A stretch of DNA of 64,000 nt from an uncultured Pelagibacteraceae bacterium (GTDB taxonomy: Bacteria > Pseudomonadota > Alphaproteobacteria > Pelagibacterales > Pelagibacteraceae): assembly GCA_902604575.1 (NCBI GenBank), contig CACKZH010000001.1, positions 20,708 to 84,707 of the forward strand, written 5' to 3'. Positions 30,900 through 42,057 of this stretch are shown here, in pieces. Every line of letters begins with the position of its first letter. Within the stretch, counting starts at the first letter, position 1. The position numbers and the translations under genes are program-made. The notes under the pieces are model-generated. The model had not been told where the DNA came from, did not search any database, and saw only the letters and a program-made list of their open reading frames with translations.

Positions 30900-32273
30900 T
30901 TATAAAAAATATGCCCCAACACCTAAAAAAGAAACAAAACCAATTACATCAGTAATTGTAGTCACAAAAACACTTGAAGCAATTGCTGGATCAATATTCA
31001 TTTTTTTCAAAGTAAAAGGAACTAGTATGCCAAATAATCCAGCTATGATCATTGTTAGTACCATTGATATTGCTATGATCAATGAAAGTATACTATCTTG
31101 AAACCATATGTGTACAATTAAAGCACTTATTGCTGCAAACATAATTCCATTTAATATACCAATAGAAAATTCTTTAAATACATTGGAAGAGAAATTATTT
31201 TGAGTTAAATCATTCGTAGCTATAGTTCTTACTGTAACTGCAAGTGTTTGCATTCCAGCATTTCCTCCCATCGAAGCTACAATAGGCATTAAGAAAGCTA
31301 ATACTACCATTTGTTCAATAGTTGCTCCAAATAAACTAATGCACCATGTGGCTAGAAAGGCAGTAAATAAATTAAGCAAAAGCCAATTGAATCTTCTCTT
31401 TGTTTTTTTTACAACTCCATCAGTAATTTCTTCATCTCCTACCCCTGCTAATCTTAAAGCATCTTCCTCAGCTTCCTCTTTCAAGACTGTTAAAACGTCA
31501 TCGTTCATAATCATACCGACTAATTTATTGTTTTTGTCTACAACAGCAGCTGAATTCAAATTGTAATTTTCAAATAAGTTAGCAACTTCCTCTTTATCCA
31601 TTTCAACAGGAATTAATAATTGAGATTCCGACATAATTGTTGCCATTTTAGTATCTCGAGGTGTTGTTAAAACTTTAGATGAAGGAACAGTACCTATTGG
31701 TTTAAAATCTTCATTAACAATAAAAATTTCTAAAAACTCTTCTGGTAAATCTTTGTTTTCTCTTAAATAGTCAATTGTTTGACCTACAGACCAATTACTT
31801 GGTATAGCTGTAAATTCACGCTGCATAAGTCTAGCAGCGGTATCTTCTGGATAGCTTAAGCTTTCTAATAAAGCAAATCTATCTTTTGGGGGTAAAGAAC
31901 TAAGAATTGCATTTTTGTCCTCTTCAGGAACATTTTCTAATATAGATATTGCATCGTCTGACTCGAGACCCTTTAGAATACTAACTATAGAGTCAGATGA
32001 TAAAAAAGTAATAATTTCCGATTGAATAGATTCATTTAATTCAACAAAAACGTCTGGATCAATATTAAAATTATTTAACTTAATTAAACTTTCTCTATCC
32101 CCATCACTAAGGTGCTCAATAATATCTGCAGCATCAGCAGGGTGCATTTCATTAAATGAATTAGTAATAAATTGGGCATCATTGTTAGCTATTTTGCTAG
32201 TAACAACTCTTATATATTCTTTATTAAATTCAAAATTTACTTTTTTATCTTTAGTTTTTTTAGTTAAAGACAT
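30900..32273 (-). CDS. mgtE: magnesium transporter MgtE
   Basis: MHPADAAD, CBS pair, MGGNAGMQT, DPAIASSVFVTTITD motifs. Confidence 0.95.
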   Translation of the reverse strand: MSLTKKTKDKKVNFEFNKEYIRVVTSKIANNDAQFITNSFNEMHPADAADIIEHLSDGDRESLIKLNNFNIDPDVFVELNESIQSEIITFLSSDSIVSILKGLESDDAISILENVPEEDKNAILSSLPPKDRFALLESLSYPEDTAARLMQREFTAIPSNWSVGQTIDYLRENKDLPEEFLEIFIVNEDFKPIGTVPSSKVLTTPRDTKMATIMSESQLLIPVEMDKEEVANLFENYNLNSAAVVDKNNKLVGMIMNDDVLTVLKEEAEEDALRLAGVGDEEITDGVVKKTKRRFNWLLLNLFTAFLATWCISLFGATIEQMVVLAFLMPIVASMGGNAGMQTLAVTVRTIATNDLTQNNFSSNVFKEFSIGILNGIMFAAISALIVHIWFQDSILSLIIAISMVLTMIIAGLFGILVPFTLKKMNIDPAIASSVFVTTITDVIGFVSFLGVGAYFL

Positions 32274-32334
32274 AAATCTACCTATAATTTAGATTTGCAC
32301 TATTAATACATAATAAAGATAATACAAATTATAA

Positions 32335-32952
32335 ATGAACATTGAGATCAAAAAGTCAATAAAACCAGTAAATTATTTTGATGCTATTAATATACTAGAG
32401 TCAAGATTAAAGGATTTATATGAAAATAATGAGCAAGAATTAATTTGGACTTTGGAGCATAATGAAGTTTTTACTGCAGGAACCTCCTATGAAGAGAATG
32501 AGATTATTGATAAATCCATTAAAATATTAAGAACGAATAGAGGTGGTAAAATCACTTACCATGGCCCTGGTCAATTAATTTGTTATTTTGTTTTAGATTT
32601 AAGGAAAAAAAAGGATATCAGAGAATTCATAACAGTTATCGAAAAAACAATAATTCAAACTCTAAAATTTTATAAAATAGAAACTTTTCCAGATAAAGAT
32701 AATATCGGTATATGGTATAAATATAATAATGAAGTTAAAAAAATTGCTGCAATAGGTATCAGAGTTAGCAAATGGATTGCTTATCATGGTTTTGCAATAA
32801 ATATAAATAATGATCTAGAAAATTATAAAAAAATTATACCATGTGGTATTTCAGACAAAGGAGTAACTAATTTAAAAAATATTTTAGATCAGGATTACTC
32901 AAATCTAAGCGATATATTAATTAAAAATTTTATTTCAAATTTGAAAATCTAA
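32335..32952 (+). CDS. lipB: octanoyltransferase
   Basis: [39 protein letters not shown] motifs. Confidence 0.96.
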   Translation: MNIEIKKSIKPVNYFDAINILESRLKDLYENNEQELIWTLEHNEVFTAGTSYEENEIIDKSIKILRTNRGGKITYHGPGQLICYFVLDLRKKKDIREFITVIEKTIIQTLKFYKIETFPDKDNIGIWYKYNNEVKKIAAIGIRVSKWIAYHGFAININNDLENYKKIIPCGISDKGVTNLKNILDQDYSNLSDILIKNFISNLKI

Positions 32953-33847
32953 GTCTTTTAGATTTTAAAAGTTTTTTAAAATAATCAGGTAACAACGCTG
33001 AATAAGTATGTTTTATGTCATTAATTTTAAATTTAATTTGATATGAATGTAACATTAAATTTTTATTAATTCCTTTATTAGAATTTGATAATTTATATTT
33101 TGTATCTCCAAATATAGGATTTCCAATTGCATATAATTGTTTTCTTAACTGATGTTTTCGTCCAGTAATAGGTTTTAATTCTAATAGACTTGCTTCAGAA
33201 TTTTTATCAATAACTGTAAAAATTGTTTTTGCTTTTTCAATTATTTTTTTATCACCATCATACTTAATTAAATCATCATCCCATACACCAGATTTTTTAT
33301 TAATTTCACCTTGGCATATAGCTAAATAGATTTTGTGTACTTTTCTTAACCTAAATAAAGAAGTAAGTAATTGAGCGCTCTCTCTGTTTTTAGCCATAAT
33401 AAAAACTCCAGAAGTATCTTTATCCAATCTGTGAACAGAATATGGTTTTGTTCCTTCAAAAATTTCACTTTTAGCAAAAATATCAACTAGATTTTTTTTT
33501 GATTTAGTTCCACCTTGAACCGATATGCCCGAAGCTTTATTTAAAACTACAAAATTATCATTATTGTCAATAATTTGATCTTCATTTGATTTGATAATTT
33601 CTTTTGAAGGTGAAAACTTAATTTTTTTTTGCTGAATTGACTCTTTAAATTCAATATTAAATAAATTTATCTCGTCTTTTGTTTTTACTTTAAAAGAACT
33701 TTTTACTTTTTTTTTATTAAGCTTTATTTTTCCAGTTCTTAAATATTTCTCAACGAGACCTTGTGGAATTTTTCCAATTTTTAATCTTAACCATCTGTCC
33801 AAACGCATTTCATTACACGTTGAATCAACGATGTAAGATTTTTTCAT
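32930..33847 (-). CDS. rluC: RluA-family 23S rRNA pseudouridine synthase (RluC-like, with S4 domain)
   Basis: [35 protein letters not shown] motifs. Confidence 0.82.
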   Translation of the reverse strand: MKKSYIVDSTCNEMRLDRWLRLKIGKIPQGLVEKYLRTGKIKLNKKKVKSSFKVKTKDEINLFNIEFKESIQQKKIKFSPSKEIIKSNEDQIIDNNDNFVVLNKASGISVQGGTKSKKNLVDIFAKSEIFEGTKPYSVHRLDKDTSGVFIMAKNRESAQLLTSLFRLRKVHKIYLAICQGEINKKSGVWDDDLIKYDGDKKIIEKAKTIFTVIDKNSEASLLELKPITGRKHQLRKQLYAIGNPIFGDTKYKLSNSNKGINKNLMLHSYQIKFKINDIKHTYSALLPDYFKKLLKSKRLRFSNLK

Positions 33848-33857
33848 GATTTAAGAT

Positions 33858-34301
33858 TTAAGCTGTAGCTTGTTTTTTCTCTTCTATTTTAGGAGTTTCT
33901 TTGGTTATATCTTTTTTTGGTTTATCAGCTCTTTTTGCTTCAACGTCTCTATCAACAAATTCAATTATTGCCATTGGAGCATTATCTCCATATCTAAATC
34001 CAGCCTTAATTATTCTTGTGTAACCGCCTGTTCTATTTTGATATCTTTTAGAAAGTGTTTTTTTAACTTTATTTGCTAATTTAATATCCTGTAATTTGGA
34101 AACCAACATTTTAGTTGTTTGTAAAGTTTCTTTTTTACCTAATGTTATAATCTTATCTGCTTGTGGTTTTAGAAATTTAGCTTTTGGCAAAGTGGTTTTA
34201 ATCTGCTCATACTTAATTAAAGAATTAAGCATATTCTTAAGTAGAGCTTTTCTGTGCTCTGATGTTCTATTTAACTTCTTATTTGCAAAACCATGTCTCA
34301 T
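33858..34301 (-). CDS. rplQ: 50S ribosomal protein L17
   Basis: MRHG...[10 protein letters not shown] and GGYTRI motifs. Confidence 0.98.
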   Translation of the reverse strand: MRHGFANKKLNRTSEHRKALLKNMLNSLIKYEQIKTTLPKAKFLKPQADKIITLGKKETLQTTKMLVSKLQDIKLANKVKKTLSKRYQNRTGGYTRIIKAGFRYGDNAPMAIIEFVDRDVEAKRADKPKKDITKETPKIEEKKQATA

Positions 34302-35329
34302 TAAATTGCTTCCTCCAATTTCTTAGACATTTCTGCAATATTATCTGGTGGCCAATTAGGTATTTCCATTCCTAAATACAAAGACATGCCGGTTAAAACT
34401 TCCTTTATTTCATTTAATGATTTTCTTCCAAAATTAGGTGTTCTCAACATTTCACCTTCAGATTTTTGAACCAGGTCACCGATATAAATAATATTATCAT
34501 TTTTTAAGCAGTTCATTGATCTAACTGATAACTCTAACTCATCCACTTTTCTTAGTAAATTTTTGTTAAATTCAGGTTCAGTAGAAACTTCTTTTATAGG
34601 AGCTTCAACTGGTTCATCAAAATTTACGAACATTTTAAGTTGATCTTGGAAAATTCTAGCTGAATAAGCTACAGCGTCTTCAGCAGAAATTGATCCATTA
34701 GTTTCAACTTCCATAATTAACTTATCATAATCTAATGCTTTACCTTCTCTGGCAGTGCTTACCGAATATGAAACTTTTTTTACTGGACTATAAAGTGAGT
34801 CTATAGCAATAAGGCCTAATGGTGGCTCTTCAGGTTTATTTAGCTCTGCAGGAACATATCCTTTACCTGTATTAACATTCATCTCCATATGAAAAGTAGT
34901 ATTTTCATCTAGATTACAAATAACTAAATCAGGATTTAAAATCTCAACGTCTGCAACTGGAGCTATATCTGAAGCTTTAATTTCTCCAGGTCCTTTTGCG
35001 TCTAAAATTAATTTTTTTGTACCCTCAGAATTACTTTTTAATGCTAAGGATTTTACATTTAAAACGATATCAGTAACATCTTCTCTAACACCTTTTATTG
35101 AAGTGAATTCATGCAAAACTCCATCAATTTGAATAGATGTTACAGCAGCTCCTCTTATAGAGGATAATAAAATTCTTCTTAGAGAATTTCCTAAAGTTAA
35201 TCCGTAACCTTTTTCTAAAGGCTCAGCTACAATTTTGGCATGGGTTAAGTCATCACTTATTTGAACATCTAACTTAGATGGCTTTATTAATGACTTCCAA
35301 TTTTTTACATTAACATTTTCGACTTCCAT
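34301..35329 (-). CDS. rpoA: RNA polymerase alpha subunit
   Basis: [17 protein letters not shown] and [10 protein letters not shown] motifs. Confidence 0.98.
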   Translation of the reverse strand: MEVENVNVKNWKSLIKPSKLDVQISDDLTHAKIVAEPLEKGYGLTLGNSLRRILLSSIRGAAVTSIQIDGVLHEFTSIKGVREDVTDIVLNVKSLALKSNSEGTKKLILDAKGPGEIKASDIAPVADVEILNPDLVICNLDENTTFHMEMNVNTGKGYVPAELNKPEEPPLGLIAIDSLYSPVKKVSYSVSTAREGKALDYDKLIMEVETNGSISAEDAVAYSARIFQDQLKMFVNFDEPVEAPIKEVSTEPEFNKNLLRKVDELELSVRSMNCLKNDNIIYIGDLVQKSEGEMLRTPNFGRKSLNEIKEVLTGMSLYLGMEIPNWPPDNIAEMSKKLEEAI

Positions 35330-35778
35330 TAAACTCTCCTTTTCTTTGGTGGTCTAGTTCCATTATGAGGCATAGGTGTAGTGTCTTTTATTGATAAAAT
35401 CTTAAATCCTCTGGCTTGTAATGCTCTTAACGCTGTTTCTCTTCCTGATCCAGGTCCTTTAACCTCAACAGATAAAGTTCTCATTCCGTACTCAAGGGCT
35501 TTCGAGGCTGCAGAATCAGCTGCTATCTGTGCAGCATAAGGTGTTGATTTTCTTGATCCCTTAAACCCTTTTTGTCCGGCAGATGCCCATGAAATTACAT
35601 TTCCATTTGTATCAGCAATAGAGATAATAGTATTATTAAATGTTGATTGCACATAAGCAATTCCATTTAAAATATTTTTCTTAACTTTCTTTTTTTTTGA
35701 ATAAGAACTTTTTACACTTTTCTTAGTAGACTTTTCTACTTTCTGATCTTTATTCTCAACTTTATCAGTTTTAGCCAT
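35329..35778 (-). CDS. rpsK: 30S ribosomal protein S11
   Basis: [28 protein letters not shown] motifs. Confidence 0.98.
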   Translation of the reverse strand: MAKTDKVENKDQKVEKSTKKSVKSSYSKKKKVKKNILNGIAYVQSTFNNTIISIADTNGNVISWASAGQKGFKGSRKSTPYAAQIAADSAASKALEYGMRTLSVEVKGPGSGRETALRALQARGFKILSIKDTTPMPHNGTRPPKKRRV

Positions 35779-35780
35779 AA

Positions 35781-36164
35781 CTATTTTTTAGTTGGTGTTA
35801 ATTTTTTTCCAGCAATAGCGATTGCTTTTCCTTTTCTTGTCCTTGCATTACATCTGGTTCTTTGTCCTCTAACAGGTAATTTTTTTCTATGTCTTGTTCC
35901 CCTGTAACAAGCTAGATCAATTAATCTTTTTATACTTAATGAATAATCTCTCCTTAAATCACCTTCTACTTTAAAGTTTTGATCGATGTACTCTCTAATT
36001 TTTAAAATCTCTTCATCTGTTAATTCATTTACTCTTTTAGCCCTTGGAATTTCTAAAGATGAACAAATTTGCTGAGAAAATTTATCACCAATCCCATAAA
36101 TATAAGTTAAACCTATATGAACAAGTTTATTCTGTGGAATGTTTATACCTGCGATACGAGCCAT
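35781..36164 (-). CDS. rpsM: 30S ribosomal protein S13
   Basis: [10 protein letters not shown] and LPVRGQRT motifs. Confidence 0.98.
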   Translation of the reverse strand: MARIAGINIPQNKLVHIGLTYIYGIGDKFSQQICSSLEIPRAKRVNELTDEEILKIREYIDQNFKVEGDLRRDYSLSIKRLIDLACYRGTRHRKKLPVRGQRTRCNARTRKGKAIAIAGKKLTPTKK

Positions 36165-36187
36165 AATTTTTGTGATAAATTGTGCCT

Positions 36188-36215
36188 TTTATATAAGAAG
36201 ATTAATCAAAGTCAA
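36188..36215 (-). promoter_or_regulatory. putative alpha-operon promoter
   Basis: TTGACT-N16-TATAAA in the adk-rpsM gap. Confidence 0.55.
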
Positions 36216-36219
36216 CGTC

Positions 36220-36783
36220 TTATACATTGATAAAAGCGTCTATTTTCCTAGTTATTTCCACAATTTCTAAGTCTCCATCAATCTCTTTAAAATTTGGATT
36301 CTCAGAGTAGAAGTTTAGAACTGGTTGGGTTGTTTCCATGTATTTCTCATACCTTTTAACTATTGTATGAGCGTCATCATCAGACCTATTTTCTATAATT
36401 TTTCTCTTCTCAAGCCTTTTGAGTATTGTTTCTTTATCTACGTTAAGAAATAAAATTAAATCTATGCTTTGATTTGAATTTTCTAGTAACACTTCTAAAT
36501 TTTTAGCCTGACTTAATGATCGAGGATATCCATCAAAGATTAGTTTATTTTTTTTTTTAGGATCAGATATCAAATTTTCTATAAGCTTATTAACAATATC
36601 ATCACTTATAAATTTTCCATTCTTCATATCATTGGTTATGGCTTTACCAATATTCGAATTTTTTTTGATTTCTTCTCTTAAAAGATCACCTGTTGAGATT
36701 TGAAAAGCATTTAATTTGTTTACTAGATATTTAGACTGAGTACCTTTTCCAGCACCAGGTGGTCCAAATAAAATTATATTCAC
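36220..36783 (-). CDS. adk: adenylate kinase (short-LID type)
   Basis: GPPGAGKGTQ, ISTGDLLR, FDGYPR motifs; 187 aa; GTG start. Confidence 0.96.
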   Translation of the reverse strand: MNIILFGPPGAGKGTQSKYLVNKLNAFQISTGDLLREEIKKNSNIGKAITNDMKNGKFISDDIVNKLIENLISDPKKKNKLIFDGYPRSLSQAKNLEVLLENSNQSIDLILFLNVDKETILKRLEKRKIIENRSDDDAHTIVKRYEKYMETTQPVLNFYSENPNFKEIDGDLEIVEITRKIDAFINV

Positions 36784-38064
36784 TTACTTACCAAATTTTG
36801 TTTTTTTTATTAGTTGTTCGTATTGTGAACTCATTAATCTTGTTTGTATTTGTGTTACAGTATCGATAGCTACTACAACAACAATTAATATAGATGCACC
36901 ACCTAAATAAAAAGGTATTGGATAGTTTGCAATTAAAAATTCTGGCATCAAACAAACTAGTGTTAAATATAGAGCACCAATCGTAGTTAATTTTGTTGAA
37001 ATATTTTCAATATACAACGCAGTACTTTCACCTGGTCTAATTCCTGGTACAAAACCTCCATACTTTCTAAGATTCTCAGCAGTTTCAGTTGGATTGAATG
37101 TTATAGACGTATAAAAAAAAGTAAAAAATATTATTCCTGATGCATACAGCAACATATAAAGAGGTTGACCTTGCGTAAAATAAGAGCTCAAGTTTAAAAA
37201 TGTTTCATTGTTAGAAAATGAAAAATTTGAGAATGTTACTGGTAGTAATAGAAGTGCAGAAGCAAAAATTGCAGGAATTACTCCAGCCTGATTTATTTTT
37301 AAAGGTAAATGTGATGACTCTCCTCCATACATTTTGTTTCCCATTTGTCTTTTTGGATAATTAATAAGAATTTTTCTTAACGCTCTTTCCATAAAAACTA
37401 CAAAAAGAATTGTAACAATTAATAGAACAAATATAGCTAGGATCATAAATGTTGAAACAGCACCCGTTCTACCTAATTCAAAAGTTGTAACCAAAGCTCT
37501 TGGAATTTCTGCTACAATACCAGCAAAAATTATTAACGATATACCGTTACCAATACCCCTTTGAGTGATTTGTTCTCCCAACCACATTAAAAATATTGTT
37601 CCTGCAACAATGGTTGTAACAGTAGTTATTTTAAAAAAAGCACCTGGATTGATTACTAAGTCAGCCGAAGACTCTAAACCAACGGATAAACCATATCCTT
37701 GCACTGTTGCAAGTAACACTGTTCCATATCTAGTAATTTGTGTAATTTTAGCTCTCCCTGTTTCACCTTGAGCTTTTAGATTTTTAAAATAATCAGAAAC
37801 TCCAGTCAAAAGTTGAACTATAATTGCAGAAGAAATGTAAGGCATTATACCTAATGCAAATATTGCCATTCTGCTAACTGCACCACCTGCAAAAACATTA
37901 AACATGCCAAGCAATCCTTTTTGATTACCTTCCATCATGATTTTCAATTGTTCAGGATCTATACCAGGTAAAGGTACAAAAGTTCCAAATCTATAAACAG
38001 CTAATATTAAAATAGTAAATATAATTCTATTTCTTAAATCATTTGTTGATGATGATGCGCTCAT
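36784..38064 (-). CDS. secY: preprotein translocase SecY
   Basis: FALGIMPYIS, GIGNGISLIIF, FVPGIRPG motifs. Confidence 0.98.
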   Translation of the reverse strand: MSASSSTNDLRNRIIFTILILAVYRFGTFVPLPGIDPEQLKIMMEGNQKGLLGMFNVFAGGAVSRMAIFALGIMPYISSAIIVQLLTGVSDYFKNLKAQGETGRAKITQITRYGTVLLATVQGYGLSVGLESSADLVINPGAFFKITTVTTIVAGTIFLMWLGEQITQRGIGNGISLIIFAGIVAEIPRALVTTFELGRTGAVSTFMILAIFVLLIVTILFVVFMERALRKILINYPKRQMGNKMYGGESSHLPLKINQAGVIPAIFASALLLLPVTFSNFSFSNNETFLNLSSYFTQGQPLYMLLYASGIIFFTFFYTSITFNPTETAENLRKYGGFVPGIRPGESTALYIENISTKLTTIGALYLTLVCLMPEFLIANYPIPFYLGGASILIVVVVAIDTVTQIQTRLMSSQYEQLIKKTKFGK

Positions 38065-38073
38065 ATAAACAAA

Positions 38074-38526
38074 CTATTTTTTTAATTGAATAGATCCACC
38101 AATTTTTTCTAGTTTTTCTATTGCTGATTTAGAGGCTAGGTCAGCTTCAATATTAATTTTATCTTTTACTTCCCCAGAACCTAAAATTTTTAATTTTTTA
38201 GAGTTTTTATTTATTAATTTAAGTTTTTTTAATAATTCTGAGTTTAATACTTCATTTGGATTAATATTTTTTTTGTCTATATAAGATTGAATTTTATCTA
38301 GATTTAAAATTGCGACACTCTCTTTTGATATTGGGTTAAAACCTCTTTTTGGAAGTCTTCTGTATAACGGCATTTGACCACCTTCAAAACTTTTTATAGC
38401 TACTCCAGATCTTGATTTTTGACCTTTAACACCTCTTCCAGATGTTTTGCCTTTTCCTGAGCCAATTCCTCTTCCAACTCTAATTTTAGATTTATTGATT
38501 TTTTCTCTATTATTTAAAGTAATCAT
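38074..38526 (-). CDS. rplO: 50S ribosomal protein L15
   Basis: [13 protein letters not shown] and FEGGQMPL motifs. Confidence 0.98.
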   Translation of the reverse strand: MITLNNREKINKSKIRVGRGIGSGKGKTSGRGVKGQKSRSGVAIKSFEGGQMPLYRRLPKRGFNPISKESVAILNLDKIQSYIDKKNINPNEVLNSELLKKLKLINKNSKKLKILGSGEVKDKINIEADLASKSAIEKLEKIGGSIQLKK

Positions 38527-39041
38527 TATCCTCTTTTTTCAATTATTTCAGAAATTTTTTTATTTCTAATAGCTGATATTTGTTTTGGTGAACTTTGTTT
38601 CATCAATGCTTTCATTGTAGCTCTAATAACATTGTGTGCATTAGAAGTTCCCATGGATTTTGCAACAATATCTTTTAATCCTAAAACTTCACATACCGCC
38701 CTGACAGGTCCACCTGCAATTATACCTGTACCTTTAGAAGCTGCTCTTAGCACTATTCTACCTGAACCATCTTTTGCCTTAACATCATGGTGAATTGTTC
38801 TGCCTTCTCTTAATGGTATATGAGTAAGTTTTCTTCTTGCCATCTCATTTGCTTTTTTAATAGCATCAGGTACTTGTTTAGCTTTTGCGTGGGCTATACC
38901 GATTTTACCTGCTTGATTTCCAACAACTACAAGTGCTGAAAAACCAAATCTTCTTCCACCTTTAACAACTTTAGTAATACGATTTATGTGGACTAATTTT
39001 TCTAATATATCGTCAGTTTTTTTATCTTTAAAATTTTCCAT
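38526..39041 (-). CDS. rpsE: 30S ribosomal protein S5
   Basis: KVVKGGRRF and GTGIIAGG motifs. Confidence 0.98.
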   Translation of the reverse strand: MENFKDKKTDDILEKLVHINRITKVVKGGRRFGFSALVVVGNQAGKIGIAHAKAKQVPDAIKKANEMARRKLTHIPLREGRTIHHDVKAKDGSGRIVLRAASKGTGIIAGGPVRAVCEVLGLKDIVAKSMGTSNAHNVIRATMKALMKQSSPKQISAIRNKKISEIIEKRG

Positions 39042-39043
39042 AA

Positions 39044-39400
39044 TTAAAATTCCATTCCGTTTTCTCTTAAAGTTTCTGCAAAAACTTTAATTCTACCGTG
39101 ATATTTGTAAGAACCTCTATCAAAGTAAATTTTAGTAATTTTTTTCTCTTGAGCTTTTTTAGCTAATTTTTGAGCAACCAATTTAGATAATTCTGTTTTA
39201 TTAACTTTATCAACTGATTTAAGATCTTTTTCTATAGATGAAGCTGATAACAAAGTTATTTTTTTTGTATCATCTATTATTTGAGCTGAAATATTTTTTG
39301 ATGATCTGGAAATACTTAATCTAAATCTATCTTTTGAAGCAACTCTTTTAACTTTATTACTAACTCTAAATCTTTTTCTGATACTTGTGTTTAATTTCAT
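39044..39400 (-). CDS. rplR: 50S ribosomal protein L18
   Basis: [12 protein letters not shown] motif; synteny. Confidence 0.96.
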   Translation of the reverse strand: MKLNTSIRKRFRVSNKVKRVASKDRFRLSISRSSKNISAQIIDDTKKITLLSASSIEKDLKSVDKVNKTELSKLVAQKLAKKAQEKKITKIYFDRGSYKYHGRIKVFAETLRENGMEF

Positions 39401-39939
39401 TATTTTTTCTTACCCTCTTTTTTAAGAACATACTGTCCTTTTTCTCGAACACCTTTTCCTTTGTAAGGTTCTATTTTTCTTAATGTTTTAATTTTAGATG
39501 CTACTTCACCAACTAGCTGTTTATCAGATCCCGTAACTTTTAATGTTGTTTGTTTTTCAACAGCTATTTTAATGCCTTCTGGTATATCAAAATTAATATC
39601 ATGGCTATAACCCAATTGTAAATTTAACTGATTCCCTTTTAATGCTGCTCTATAACCAACTCCAACTAATTCTAAGGTTTTTTCATAACCTGTACTGGAT
39701 CCAATAACAGCATTATTGATTAAACTTCTATTCATTCCCCAAAGTCTCTTTGAGTTTTGATCGACTTTTTTTGGTTTTATAGAAATTTCTTTTCCTTCAA
39801 TTATATCTAAATTAAACATATCAAGATCAACATTAATTGATTTTTTTCCTAGAGGTCCCTCAATATTTATAATGTTACCTGCTAATGCAACCTTTACTTT
39901 TTCGGGAATTGATATGTTTATTTTACCTATTTTAGACAT
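39400..39939 (-). CDS. rplF: 50S ribosomal protein L6
   Basis: GVGYRA and EPYKGKG motifs. Confidence 0.98.
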   Translation of the reverse strand: MSKIGKINISIPEKVKVALAGNIINIEGPLGKKSINVDLDMFNLDIIEGKEISIKPKKVDQNSKRLWGMNRSLINNAVIGSSTGYEKTLELVGVGYRAALKGNQLNLQLGYSHDINFDIPEGIKIAVEKQTTLKVTGSDKQLVGEVASKIKTLRKIEPYKGKGVREKGQYVLKKEGKKK

Positions 39940-40334
39940 TAAAATACCTTACAAATTATTTCACCACCAACTTTTTGTTTTCTTGCATCAATATCAGTCA
40001 TTACTCCTTTCGGAGTTGAGACTATAGCAATTCCTAAACCGTTATTTATTTTAGGTAAACTATCTGCAGATGAAAAAATTCTTCTACCTGGTTTTGATAC
40101 TCTTTCAAAAGCGCTGATTACTGGATTACCAGAATGATATTTTAGTTCTAATGATAACATTGGTTTTTTTTCTTCAGAACTTACTTTAAAATCTTTGATG
40201 AAACCCTCATTTTTGAGTATATCAGCAATTTTTGTTTTAAAATTAGACGAGGGTAATTCTACTTTTTTATGATTTCTGGCTTGAGCGTTCTTCACTCTTG
40301 CAATCATATCTCCTATTGGGTCAGTTAAACTCAT
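39939..40334 (-). CDS. rpsH: 30S ribosomal protein S8
   Basis: DPIGDM, SKPGRR, GGEIIC motifs. Confidence 0.98.
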   Translation of the reverse strand: MSLTDPIGDMIARVKNAQARNHKKVELPSSNFKTKIADILKNEGFIKDFKVSSEEKKPMLSLELKYHSGNPVISAFERVSKPGRRIFSSADSLPKINNGLGIAIVSTPKGVMTDIDARKQKVGGEIICKVF

Positions 40335-40345
40335 AATTTTCCTTT

Positions 40346-40651
40346 CTACCAGCTAGATTTAACTAAGCCAGGTATCTTTCCTTGTAATCCTAATTGTCTT
40401 AAAGCAATTCTTGAAATCTTTAATTTTCTGTAAACACCATGTGGTCTTCCAGTAATCTCACATCTATTCATAACTCTTATTTTTGCTGAGTTTCTTGGCA
40501 GTTTAGATAATTTTTGTTGGGCTTTAAATCTTTCTTCTAATGGAATTTTTTTATCCATAACAATTTTTTTTAAAGCTTGTCTTTTCTTATAAAGCTTATC
40601 TGAAAGCTTAATTCTTTTTCTATTTTTATTAACAGCGCTTAACTTTGCCAT
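40346..40651 (-). CDS. rpsN: 30S ribosomal protein S14 (zinc-free, long form)
   Basis: NRCEITGRP and PGLVKSSW motifs; 101 aa. Confidence 0.98.
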   Translation of the reverse strand: MAKLSAVNKNRKRIKLSDKLYKKRQALKKIVMDKKIPLEERFKAQQKLSKLPRNSAKIRVMNRCEITGRPHGVYRKLKISRIALRQLGLQGKIPGLVKSSW

Positions 40652-40653
40652 AT

Positions 40654-41208
40654 TTAATTATCTCCTTTTTTAATAAATGGAAAATTCATCTTTTCCAGTA
40701 AAGCAAAACTATGTTCTTTATTTATAGCTTTAATAACAATTACTATATCTAAACCCCTTACTTTGTCTGCTCTGTCAAAGCTTACTTCTGGAAAAATTAT
40801 ATGCTCTTTGATACCAAATGTATAATTACCAAATTTATCGAAACCTTTTTGTGATAAACCTCTAAAATCTTTAATTCTAGGTAGTGCAATATTCACTAAT
40901 CTATCTAAGAATTCATACATCCTATTTTTTCTTAACGTTACTTTTAAACCTGCATTTGATCCTTTTCTTGTTTTAAAGTTCGCAACTGATTTTTTAAACT
41001 TTGTTGTTACTGGTTTTTGTCCAGTAATTTTAGCCATATCTTCTTCACATGATTTTAAAATCTTAGAATCTGTAGCATCTAAACCAAGACCCATATTTAA
41101 AACAACTTTTTCAATTCTGGGAGCCATAAAAATATTTTTGAAACCAAACTGAGCCTTTAATGCAGCCTGAATTTCTTTATTAAATATTTCTTTTAATCTT
41201 GGTGTCAT
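40654..41208 (-). CDS. rplE: 50S ribosomal protein L5
   Basis: ITGQKP and LPRIKDFRG motifs. Confidence 0.98.
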   Translation of the reverse strand: MTPRLKEIFNKEIQAALKAQFGFKNIFMAPRIEKVVLNMGLGLDATDSKILKSCEEDMAKITGQKPVTTKFKKSVANFKTRKGSNAGLKVTLRKNRMYEFLDRLVNIALPRIKDFRGLSQKGFDKFGNYTFGIKEHIIFPEVSFDRADKVRGLDIVIVIKAINKEHSFALLEKMNFPFIKKGDN

Positions 41209-41453
41209 TATTTTTTAGCCTCTTTTTTCTTAGCCGCTTTTTCATCAATTAGTTTTAAGTTTGAAATATGTATAAAACTTTCTTTAGGAAAAATTCCACC
41301 TTTTTTCTCTTTGGTTGTTTTAACGTGCTTTTTAACCATGTTTATTTCTTTAACCTTTGCTCTGTTATTAGCTCTATCAATTTCAATAACTTCACCTTCT
41401 TTTTTTTTATCTTTTCCAGTTAAAACTCTTACTTTCAAACCTTTTTTAATCAT
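41208..41453 (-). CDS. rplX: 50S ribosomal protein L24 (short)
   Basis: KOW motif [21 protein letters not shown]; 81 aa. Confidence 0.94.
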   Translation of the reverse strand: MIKKGLKVRVLTGKDKKKEGEVIEIDRANNRAKVKEINMVKKHVKTTKEKKGGIFPKESFIHISNLKLIDEKAAKKKEAKK

Positions 41454-41821
41454 TATAAAACCTCCGGTGCCAAAGAAATAATTTTCATTTGACCTCTACT
41501 TCTTAATTCTCTTGTAACTGGACCAAAAATCCTTGTTCCTACTGGCTCTCCTTTGTCATCAACTAATACAGCTGCATTATTATCAAATTTTACTTTTGAA
41601 CCATCATTTCTGTGAATTCCTTTTTTAACTCTCACAACGACAGCTTTATGTACAGATCCTTTTTTAACTTTTCCTTTAGGCATCGCTTCTTTAACTGCAA
41701 TTACAATAGTATCACCAATGCTAGCGTACCTTCTTTTTGATCCACCTAATACCTTAATGCACTCTATTCTTTTTGCACCAGTATTATCAGCAACTTGTAA
41801 TTCTGTTTGAACACCAATCAT
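41453..41821 (-). CDS. rplN: 50S ribosomal protein L14
   Basis: [22 protein letters not shown] motifs. Confidence 0.98.
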   Translation of the reverse strand: MIGVQTELQVADNTGAKRIECIKVLGGSKRRYASIGDTIVIAVKEAMPKGKVKKGSVHKAVVVRVKKGIHRNDGSKVKFDNNAAVLVDDKGEPVGTRIFGPVTRELRSRGQMKIISLAPEVL

Positions 41822-42057
41822 TACTTATTACTCTCCATAACTTGAAATTTTTTATTTTTAGAAAATGGTTTGCTCTCAATAATTGAAACTTTGTCACCAG
41901 TTTTATACTTATTATTCTCATCGTGAGCATTATAATTTTTTCTTACTCTGATTACTTTTTTTAAAACTGGATGTGAATATTTACGTTCTACCATAACAGT
42001 AACTGTTTTATTTGGTTTATCACTTATAACTACACCTGTAAGTACTTTTTTAGGCAT
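41821..42057 (-). CDS. rpsQ: 30S ribosomal protein S17
   Basis: GVVISDK and AHDENN motifs. Confidence 0.97.
   Translation of the reverse strand: MPKKVLTGVVISDKPNKTVTVMVERKYSHPVLKKVIRVRKNYNAHDENNKYKTGDKVSIIESKPFSKNKKFQVMESNK

Noticed and set aside
35329-36800. Absence of rpsD, rpmJ, infA and map around the alpha operon
   Set aside because: Normal alphaproteobacterial arrangement (secY-adk-rpsM-rpsK-rpoA-rplQ).
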